From positions 1 to 42,404 of the IMG/VR virus record IMGVR_UViG_3300020045_006171: a stretch of 42,404 nt of DNA; one strand, written 5' to 3'. How positions within the stretch are numbered: position 1 is the stretch's first letter; every line of letters begins with the position of its first letter. The position numbers were made by a program, and so were the translations under genes. Positions 36,159 through 42,404 of this stretch are shown one piece after another. This DNA is from a virus. Taxonomy: Duplodnaviria > Caudoviricetes. The notes beneath the pieces were generated by a model. That model saw only the letters and a program-made list of their open reading frames with translations, did no database searches and had not been told where the DNA came from.

Positions 36159-36319
36159 GCCCAACGTCTGGCTATGCCTGAAGTTGCCGCCGAATATATT
36201 CATACGTATCGGTGACTAATTTGTATTCTGAATCCTCTGGATCAAACATGAACCGACCAGAAAAAAGGTGCGAATATACTGCTTCAATCGGCGGCAATTT
36301 TGGGCTAGCCTTGTTGGTG
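36159..36319. repeat. attC-like site B1
   Basis: ccaac-gtct-ggcta(t)gcctgaagttgccgccga ... tcggcggcaattttgggctagcc-tt-gttgg. Confidence 0.8.
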
Positions 36320-36426
36320 GATGTATATTTTTCCACCTTATCTTCAAGAGCGGCCATTCTCTGATCTAAACAGTCACAAATATTGGCAACATAGTATGGA
36401 TCAGAAAAGTCTATTTCTCTCGTCAT
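36172..36426 (-). CDS. Cassette gene, hypothetical protein
   Basis: AGGAG RBS; about half of the ORF lies inside attC B1. Confidence 0.6.
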   Translation of the reverse strand: MTREIDFSDPYYVANICDCLDQRMAALEDKVEKYTSTNKASPKLPPIEAVYSHLFSGRFMFDPEDSEYKLVTDTYEYIRRQLQA

Positions 36427-36466
36427 GGCCGCTCCTATCAAACCGTGTTTAAAAATTTATTTCCAC

Positions 36467-36502
36467 CAACTCTCTGTTAACCTACCCCCTTGTTCGCTTA
36501 AT
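36467..36502 (-). other. Primary attI-like site
   Basis: Minus strand ATTAAGCGAACAAGGGGGTAGGTTAACAGAGAGTTG, between the integrase stop and the first cassette. Confidence 0.75.
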
Positions 36503-36513
36503 CTTCCTCTGTA

Positions 36514-37341
36514 CTACATCATTCCGCTTATCGGACTGACAACCTTACCGATCGTCGCATTCGATACATGGGTATAAATTTCCGTGGTCTTGGTGCTCGA
36601 ATGCCCGAGCAACTTCTGGATAATCCTGATATCGTTTCCGGCCTCGTGCAAGTGCGTCGCATACGAGTGCCGCAACTTGTGAATCGACCGATATTTCACG
36701 CCCGCCCTGTCGCACGCGTGCCAAAGAATCATCTGCGCGGTCCGCTTCGTGATATTCCCGCCGAATTGACCACCGAACAAAAAGTCTTCTGGCTGTTTGC
36801 CTGTCGTTATCATCCTGGCCATATCACCGATACTTTTATCCACCGGAACGATCCGGTCTTTCTGTCCCTTTCCTCGAATCCGCAACATAGTAAAATCGCT
36901 ATAAAAATCACCGGCTTTCAGATTCACGATCTCAGAAACCCGCAAGCCACACCCGTACCCTATGGCGATTAAAAGACGGTGCTTTATATTTTCCGTGCCT
37001 TTTAGAATCGCCGAAACTTCTTCCCTGTCGAAAATCTGAGGAAGTGCTTTCGGCTCCTTCTGACGCGGGACTATATCGGTCTGAACCGAAACCCCGAGGA
37101 CCGCCGAACAGAAAAAACGGATCGCCGCCAGTTCAAGATTCACACCCTTCGGTGAACGCTTCCGGAACTTCAGCGCAATCGAATAATCCTTGATGTGATC
37201 CACGATATCTCGGTGTTCACGGTCATGCAGGAAAGAGAAAAATGAGCGCAAGGCAATAGAATAGTTTTTCACCGTCGCTGGTGAATAATTCCGCAACTGC
37301 AGCTCCTTGACCAGGAGTTCCATTGCTTCTGCCGATTTCAT
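36514..37341 (-). CDS. Tyrosine recombinase, integron-integrase-like (SAM-like N-terminus) but lacking the IntI-specific insertion
   Basis: LRNYSPATVKNY N-terminus, K.LPQI; catalytic GLRVSE, GKGQKDR, HKLRHSYATHL and LLGH...TTEIYTHVS; TAATG-coupled start. Confidence 0.9.
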   Translation of the reverse strand: MKSAEAMELLVKELQLRNYSPATVKNYSIALRSFFSFLHDREHRDIVDHIKDYSIALKFRKRSPKGVNLELAAIRFFCSAVLGVSVQTDIVPRQKEPKALPQIFDREEVSAILKGTENIKHRLLIAIGYGCGLRVSEIVNLKAGDFYSDFTMLRIRGKGQKDRIVPVDKSIGDMARMITTGKQPEDFLFGGQFGGNITKRTAQMILWHACDRAGVKYRSIHKLRHSYATHLHEAGNDIRIIQKLLGHSSTKTTEIYTHVSNATIGKVVSPISGMM

Positions 37342-37595
37342 TACTTCTTTCTCCACACCAGCAGAGCCCCGTCCTTGTACTGCGTGACGATCTTAACCTT
37401 GTACAGCGACGCCGACGAAAACAAACCGCCGCGCAGGTTGTAAACCGTGTCTTCGTTTACCGGGACAATGGCCCCGTCCATTTCAAACTCCGTGTACTCA
37501 CGGCATTCCCCGACCTTCATTTCGTGGAGATAGTATTTCTCGGGTCTCCCCTTGGTGGTATTTTTCGGAATAGGTTTTTTTGATATTTTGTACAT
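37341..37595 (-). CDS. Small basic protein (DNA-binding-like), translationally coupled to the integrase
   Basis: GGAGG RBS; KPIP..GRPEKY.L.EM.VGE...VWR motif. Confidence 0.65.
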   Translation of the reverse strand: MYKISKKPIPKNTTKGRPEKYYLHEMKVGECREYTEFEMDGAIVPVNEDTVYNLRGGLFSSASLYKVKIVTQYKDGALLVWRKK

Positions 37596-37614
37596 TGATT
37601 TTCCTCCTTGCATT

Positions 37615-37644
37615 AATATAGCAATATTTTTATAAAAGTGCAAG
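37615..37644 (-). promoter_or_regulatory. Early promoter upstream of the integrase operon
   Basis: CTTGCAC-N17-TATATT. Confidence 0.7.
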
Positions 37645-37646
37645 GT

Positions 37647-37913
37647 TTATTTTCCGTATCGCGCTTCCCCGAAAAGAATCTTCGGCATGCCGTGGCTGAG
37701 TTTCTTGGAAATCCTGGGCCGCTCGAATATTTTACCAGCCCATTCGTCGCGCTTGATTTCGGCGTCTCCTATCCGTTTCCCGCGGGAGTTGTGCAACGGG
37801 AACGTAAACTTCGGGTGCCCGGTGATTGTGAAAGAGTTGCCGCGCGCCTTGCCCGTAATCAGATCGAAGCATTCCGGTATTTCATCGTCCTTCAAAAACT
37901 TTTTAAGCGTCAT
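37647..37913 (-). CDS. Hypothetical protein
   Basis: GGTGGTG upstream; co-directional with neighbours. Confidence 0.55.
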   Translation of the reverse strand: MTLKKFLKDDEIPECFDLITGKARGNSFTITGHPKFTFPLHNSRGKRIGDAEIKRDEWAGKIFERPRISKKLSHGMPKILFGEARYGK

Positions 37914-38058
37914 CGTATCACCACCGCTGAGACAAGGTAAACGGCCAGGGCGACCACCAGCAGGACCACGATCCCGATCACAACGTGTTCAGCGTACGCC
38001 TGTGGGGATCGACGCCGATAAAATTTCTTATCCTCGTTGAAAAGATATGTTGGCATAA

Positions 38059-38304
38059 TCACACCCCTATACATCTTTTTATTTTTAACTGGTTTTTTAT
38101 CGCTTCATACCGTTCCCGGTGTCTAGCGCGGATCGTCACGTCGTTTTTGTTATACCAATCGGCGGAGCAGCACGCATCGGAACAGTACCGCTTATCAGGG
38201 CGGGTTGCCGTAAAAATTCGCTTGCACCTGTAGTAATCGCACGCTCTGACGATTTCTATACCGCCATGCCAAGCGCCAGTGGGATAGTATTTATAGGCCA
38301 TCAT
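38059..38304 (-). CDS. Zn-finger protein
   Basis: CDYYRC...F.......YCSDAC motif. Confidence 0.6.
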   Translation of the reverse strand: MMAYKYYPTGAWHGGIEIVRACDYYRCKRIFTATRPDKRYCSDACCSADWYNKNDVTIRARHRERYEAIKNQLKIKRCIGV

Positions 38305-38591
38305 TCCCCGTTCGGTCCGTTGTCGGCCAGGTGATTAAAAATTTTGTCGATTAATTTTTCTTTGGCTTCACCTGATAGATAGTTTGAAATTTCTATTTTG
38401 ACATTTTTACCAGCAATGTCAACGGTTGATAAAATTGCGCTTTCAATTTCGATTTCAGGGTCATCGTCGGGCTCTATGGGGGCCCCTGTGCTGTCGCGAG
38501 CCCCACGGCACGCGGGATATGAGCGATACTCTACCATGATCTCCACGTCGCTCAGATCGACCGTGGTGGTGGTTTTACGACGCACTGACAT
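38301..38591 (-). CDS. Hypothetical phage protein
   Basis: GGAGG RBS; GARD..G.P.EPD..PEIEI motif. Confidence 0.6.
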   Translation of the reverse strand: MSVRRKTTTTVDLSDVEIMVEYRSYPACRGARDSTGAPIEPDDDPEIEIESAILSTVDIAGKNVKIEISNYLSGEAKEKLIDKIFNHLADNGPNGE

Positions 38592-38820
38592 CAGCGGCCT
38601 CCTGTTTTTCCATCCGCTCCATGCGGGAGATAGTGCCGTCAATGCAGTGGTCAATTGTTTCGAGCGACACCAATCCTGCCAATAATGTTTTGAGGGTCGC
38701 GCTGCAAAAACCGGCAAATCCGGAGTAACTGTTGCCGTCTCGTTTGTAAAACAGCGCGGCGAGGCGGTCAATTTTAGCGTCAATCTCCACGGTGCCGATG
38801 GCGAGGCTATTTTTTGTCAT
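38575..38820 (-). CDS. Hypothetical protein
   Basis: ATGA overlap with the upstream gene. Confidence 0.55.
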   Translation of the reverse strand: MTKNSLAIGTVEIDAKIDRLAALFYKRDGNSYSGFAGFCSATLKTLLAGLVSLETIDHCIDGTISRMERMEKQEAADVSAS

Positions 38821-39044
38821 ATGATCCCCGCTTGCTGCATAAACCAAAATTGATTGTACCGGGTCAGAGTGCGCTCTGTGATATGAGTGAGCATGGTTCG
38901 CAACTCATCGGCGCTGCGGTCGTCGTTGGTCACATTGACGATCTCCGGCAGGTTCTGGCCGATCTGCATCCCGGCCATGAGTTCACGGATGCGGGCGGAC
39001 TTCTGCTCAAGTGTCGCGCGGACTGATTGGGGAAGATGGTTCAT
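38817..39044 (-). CDS. Hypothetical protein
   Basis: GAGGAG RBS. Confidence 0.55.
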   Translation of the reverse strand: MNHLPQSVRATLEQKSARIRELMAGMQIGQNLPEIVNVTNDDRSADELRTMLTHITERTLTRYNQFWFMQQAGII

Positions 39045-39122
39045 AACGCTCCTCGGTGGTTTGGTGGTTAAGTGGCGGGATAAAACCGGCCCCACAGGCG
39101 GGCCGGAACCCCACCACAGGGA

Positions 39123-39338
39123 TTATGAGTACATCCAAGCACTTATTGTTCCGTCCTGTGCGCTATACCCCTCCCGAGCCTCATTGCGGTACTCGGGTGT
39201 GCGTAGCATGTGCCATGCGTCGATAGTCTGCATCGTGTCATGTAGATGCTTTTTTACTTGACCCCGTGTAACAATTTTGGTTGCGCCTGACCATGGATTT
39301 GTAATTGTTATCTGGTCGCTGTTTTTTGTCTTGCTCAT
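39123..39338 (-). CDS. Hypothetical protein
   Basis: GAGGAGG RBS downstream of a promoter. Confidence 0.6.
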   Translation of the reverse strand: MSKTKNSDQITITNPWSGATKIVTRGQVKKHLHDTMQTIDAWHMLRTPEYRNEAREGYSAQDGTISAWMYS

Positions 39339-39378
39339 AACTGCCTCCTCTGTGGTGGTGGTTTTGCTTGCCTTTAAT

Positions 39379-39408
39379 AATATACTACTTTTTTTACAAT
39401 AATGCAAG
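39379..39408 (-). promoter_or_regulatory. Early promoter
   Basis: CTTGCAT-N17-TATATT. Confidence 0.7.
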
Positions 39409-39476
39409 AAAAATATAATAATAATTAAAATATTTGTATGTAGTTTAAAATTATGGCGTTATAAAAACATAATTTT

Positions 39477-40457
39477 CTATAAAACGCCGTTTGTTTCGTC
39501 AAATGTCATTGAAAGCTGATCTGATTCCGGATTGTCACGCGCAATTTCAATGTTTTTTACAGCCTGCCGATAATATGATTGCTTCAGTTCAACACCTATC
39601 CCGATCCGGTCTGTTTTCACTGCGCAATAGACCTCTGACCCCACTCCCATAAACGGGGTGAAAACTATTTCGCCGGGGTTGGAGCGGAGAGTTATAGCGC
39701 GATAAATAATATCAAGCTGAAGCGGGTGAACGTGCTTTTCATCTTCGGGGTCTTTGCAATCCATGAACGGCAGAACATTGCTCATGCGAATATCGTCCCA
39801 AATTGATGAAGCATACCGCCTCCAAATAATATGCGAGTACTTATTCAATTTCTGGTCGCCTGTCCATCCGCGATACTGAAGAAGATCCGGGGGTATCGGG
39901 GCTTCTCCATAGTAAATATCAAGACCGGTCGGATGCTGAATCGGTATTTTGTTTTCGCCTTTTTTGCGAAACACCAAAAGCTGATCCATCGTAGCGACAC
40001 CGCCATAGGCGGCATCATCAATAATGGTTCGATGAGAGAGGTTATGGGTCATGGTCCTTCGACGAACCCAGAGCGGCTCTTTCCATATCGCATGCCTTGC
40101 AATCAAGTCAAAGCCGCATTTTTTATGCAGCCGAACAATGTCGCCTGGAAAATCAGTCAGGTAATCTTTCCCGTTGTTGCTCGATGGAATGTCACAGCAG
40201 TGAACCGCTGAAATACGACCGGGCAAAGTAATTCTGTTTAATTCCTTCACACAATATTCATAATGCTCAAAAAAATCTGCGTAGTTGTCGTTGTTGGAAA
40301 GATCGCGGTCATCACTCGAATAGTGATAGAGCCCACCGAACGGCGGTGAATAAATTGACATGTGTATTTTATCTGCCGGAAGCGATTGCATAACTTCGAT
40401 GCAGTCAGAATTGTAAAGCGCGTACTTGTTTGTAATTACCTGGTCTATTACAGCCAT
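39477..40457 (-). CDS. DNA methyltransferase (N4-C/N6-A, beta class)
   Basis: YSPPF motif IV before FTPFMGVGSE motif I; HVHPLQLD and GVELK motifs. Confidence 0.9.
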   Translation of the reverse strand: MAVIDQVITNKYALYNSDCIEVMQSLPADKIHMSIYSPPFGGLYHYSSDDRDLSNNDNYADFFEHYEYCVKELNRITLPGRISAVHCCDIPSSNNGKDYLTDFPGDIVRLHKKCGFDLIARHAIWKEPLWVRRRTMTHNLSHRTIIDDAAYGGVATMDQLLVFRKKGENKIPIQHPTGLDIYYGEAPIPPDLLQYRGWTGDQKLNKYSHIIWRRYASSIWDDIRMSNVLPFMDCKDPEDEKHVHPLQLDIIYRAITLRSNPGEIVFTPFMGVGSEVYCAVKTDRIGIGVELKQSYYRQAVKNIEIARDNPESDQLSMTFDETNGVL

Positions 40458-41812
40458 GAAGGGACCTCCAAAGGATTTATGAATTTATTAATTTTTTTGA
40501 TTGCTGTCGCGTTGTTCATTTCTGAAATAAGATTATTAAACATTGTTGTCGCCTGTTCTGATTTTCTCTGAAGATTATTCATCACCTTTTCTTCACCTTC
40601 GGTCATGATTATATCTACTGTAACCTCTTTCTTTTGGCCGAACCGCCAGCATCGGCGAACCGCTTGGTAATACTGCTCGTATGAGTGCGATGGAAAATAT
40701 GTCTCATGACAACAGTGCTGGAAATTCAACCCCCACGCGCCTATTTTTGGCTTTGTGATGAGCCGTTTATATTGCCCCTTGATAAACCCGTAGAACTTTT
40801 CTTCTTTCCTGTCGTCTGAATCGCTGCCAGATATTTGAACACTGTCAGGTATAATCTCTTCCAAAAGGTCGCCTTCGGCGTTCGCATGACACCATATCAA
40901 AGATGCGTCGGTGCGATTCTGAACTAGCTGGAGAACTTTTTCGCACCGCTCTTTTACCGTGCGATTCCGTTCTTCGCGCTGCTCCGGCAACGTGGCTGCC
41001 GGGAAATTGAACAGGCACCCATCGGGCGGACTAATTTCGGTAATCAGGTGCTTTGTCTCTGTCAATTTCGGGAGAATAAATTTATCGTCGTTGAATCCGA
41101 GGTCTGACGGTTTCCGGCAAGCCTTCGCCCAGGAAGTGACGAAGCGCCAGAACGGGATTTCGGCATGACCCTTAAAACGCCACTTCGGCACCTCGCCATA
41201 ATGCCGCTTTAGACCGATGTTGTTGTTATCGTTCTTGAAAAATTTCCCGAGGATATCGGTAAACCCGAGATACCCGAGGGCCTCGCTTGATGTGCCAAGT
41301 TCGATATAATCGTTCGGTGCCGCCGTAGCCGTTGTCAATAGCCGGTACTTCTGTTTCTTCATGAAGTTAGTTATTTCCTGTTTGCGCGTTCCATCAAATG
41401 ATTTTAAGATTGAGGATTCATCGCAAACCGTACCAGCGAAATCGTCGGGATTGAATTTATGAAGCTGCTCGTAATTGGTGATCGTGGTGCACTTGTAGGG
41501 CTTGCCGTCATTCGACCGCTTGCACTCAATGCCGAACTTTTCACCCTCTCCAACGGTCTGAATAGAAACGGCGAGCGGTGTTAAAATTAGAACCGGCTTG
41601 TTTTCTCTGCGCAGAATATTTTCAGCCCACACCAACTGCATCGGGGTTTTGCCTAAACCGCAATCCGCGAAATTAGCAGATCGGCCTTTTCGGATTGACC
41701 AATCGACAATGTACTTTTGAAAGTCGAAAAGGAAATCCGGAATAAAATTCGGCTCAAACCCGAAGTTCCCGGAGAGTTGTGATTTGCTTTCGAGGAAAGA
41801 ATTATAGTCCAT
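40448..41812 (-). CDS. SNF2-like superfamily 2 helicase
   Basis: DCGLGKT, DESS, TATAAPND, GLNFQ and QAVRRCWRFGQ motifs. Confidence 0.9.
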   Translation of the reverse strand: MDYNSFLESKSQLSGNFGFEPNFIPDFLFDFQKYIVDWSIRKGRSANFADCGLGKTPMQLVWAENILRRENKPVLILTPLAVSIQTVGEGEKFGIECKRSNDGKPYKCTTITNYEQLHKFNPDDFAGTVCDESSILKSFDGTRKQEITNFMKKQKYRLLTTATAAPNDYIELGTSSEALGYLGFTDILGKFFKNDNNNIGLKRHYGEVPKWRFKGHAEIPFWRFVTSWAKACRKPSDLGFNDDKFILPKLTETKHLITEISPPDGCLFNFPAATLPEQREERNRTVKERCEKVLQLVQNRTDASLIWCHANAEGDLLEEIIPDSVQISGSDSDDRKEEKFYGFIKGQYKRLITKPKIGAWGLNFQHCCHETYFPSHSYEQYYQAVRRCWRFGQKKEVTVDIIMTEGEEKVMNNLQRKSEQATTMFNNLISEMNNATAIKKINKFINPLEVPSWL

Positions 41813-41822
41813 TTACTCCTCA

Positions 41823-41972
41823 TTATTTGATGAAGAAGGTAGTCAAGGTCAACCCGGACGCCAATCCCCAGTACCATGCCCGCGGCCAGTCGCCGGTGAT
41901 GATAAAGGCGACAACAGAAAGCATGTTCAAAGCAATGGAAAGGACCGGTGTATATTTTAGATATTCGATCAT
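41823..41972 (-). CDS. Small membrane protein (49 aa)
   Basis: MIEYLKYTPVLSIALNMLSVVAFIITGDWPRAWYWGLASGLTLTTFFIK; directly behind a promoter. Confidence 0.6.
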   Translation of the reverse strand: MIEYLKYTPVLSIALNMLSVVAFIITGDWPRAWYWGLASGLTLTTFFIK

Positions 41973-41979
41973 GGTTTTA

Positions 41980-42009
41980 AATATAACAAAAATTTATTAT
42001 AATTGCAAG
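41980..42009 (-). promoter_or_regulatory. Leftward promoter of a divergent pair
   Basis: CTTGCAA-N17-TATATT. Confidence 0.7.
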
Positions 42010-42043
42010 ATAAATAAGTTATCACGGTCATTTATTTTAATCA

Positions 42044-42072
42044 TTGACTTTTATTATATATCGCGGTATATT
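42044..42072 (+). promoter_or_regulatory. Rightward promoter of a divergent pair
   Basis: TTGACT-N17-TATATT. Confidence 0.7.
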
Positions 42073-42081
42073 ACTATTATC

Positions 42082-42267
42082 ATGGTAACGACCGAAACGA
42101 GGAAAATAAATGTTTGCAAGTGCGAGCGCGAGAAGTGCGGGCATCTATGGGACGCAAAAAACGGGATTATTCCTCTCGTGTGCCCCAGTTGTCATTCTCC
42201 GTACTGGAATCGTAAAAGCAAGGCAAGGAAGGAATCAAGTGGAACCTCGCATAGAAACCCTGCTTAA
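42082..42267 (+). CDS. Small Zn-ribbon protein (probably leaderless)
   Basis: C..EKCGHLW...P.VCPSCHSPYWN motif. Confidence 0.7.
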   Translation: MVTTETRKINVCKCEREKCGHLWDAKNGIIPLVCPSCHSPYWNRKSKARKESSGTSHRNPA

Positions 42268-42404
42268 CGACCTGGAAGCCCGACGCAAGGACATGGAGGC
42301 GCTTCAGCACGAGCTGCGAGCAACGGGACTCCCGTGCTATGACGAAGCGCTGAACGGAACCTTCGACGCCATCAACCGGGCCAGCGCCGAGATTGCGCGC
42401 ATCC
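42239..42404 (+). CDS. Hypothetical protein (3' truncated)
   Basis: GTG start with AAGGA RBS; open to the window end. Confidence 0.5.
   Translation, partial: MEPRIETLLNDLEARRKDMEALQHELRATGLPCYDEALNGTFDAINRASAEIARI

Larger units (their letters stand above)
35431..36502 (-). mobile_element. Integron-like cassette array B (attI-like site + 3 cassettes) directly downstream of the integrase
   Basis: Three hairpins, complementary cassette ends, and an attI-like site 12 bp from the integrase stop. Confidence 0.8.

Noticed and set aside
36514-37341. Ordinary prophage integrase or host XerC/D
   Set aside because: No arm-binding N-terminal extension and no adjacent attP, tRNA or repressor context. 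The position next to the attI-like site and hairpin array fits cassette recombination better, though this is not proven.
1-42404. Alternative genetic code, tRNA genes, lysis cassette
   Set aside because: Genes are intact and tightly packed under the standard code. No tRNA cloverleaf, endolysin or holin was recognised in this window.

Overview
A 42.4 kb segment of a tailed (siphovirus-like) phage or prophage genome; the host cannot be assigned from sequence alone. The + strand (1-23.9 kb) is a late structural operon: major capsid C-terminus, head and neck genes, tail terminator, tail tube, tail assembly chaperone with a -1 frameshift, tape measure and tail-tip proteins. An 11 kb, 14-gene glycan-building cluster (about 9 glycosyltransferase-like genes, a SAM methyltransferase, a DegT-type aminotransferase, 2 radical SAM enzymes) sits between the neck and tail-terminator genes. 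The - strand (24-42 kb) is the early region: SNF2-like helicase, DNA methyltransferase, YqaJ exonuclease with a putative SSAP, an SMC-like ATPase and many small ORFs, driven by a family of TTG(C/A)..-N17-TATATT promoters. The most striking feature is an apparently phage-borne, non-canonical integron-like system. It comprises a 275 aa tyrosine recombinase lacking the IntI-specific insertion, two 36 bp attI-like sites, and two arrays (8 + 3 cassettes) of small genes separated by AAC...GTT hairpins. The two ends of each intact cassette are complementary to each other, and 7 of the 11 ORFs are translated into the hairpins. All calls come from manual reading; no database searches or folding computations were run.
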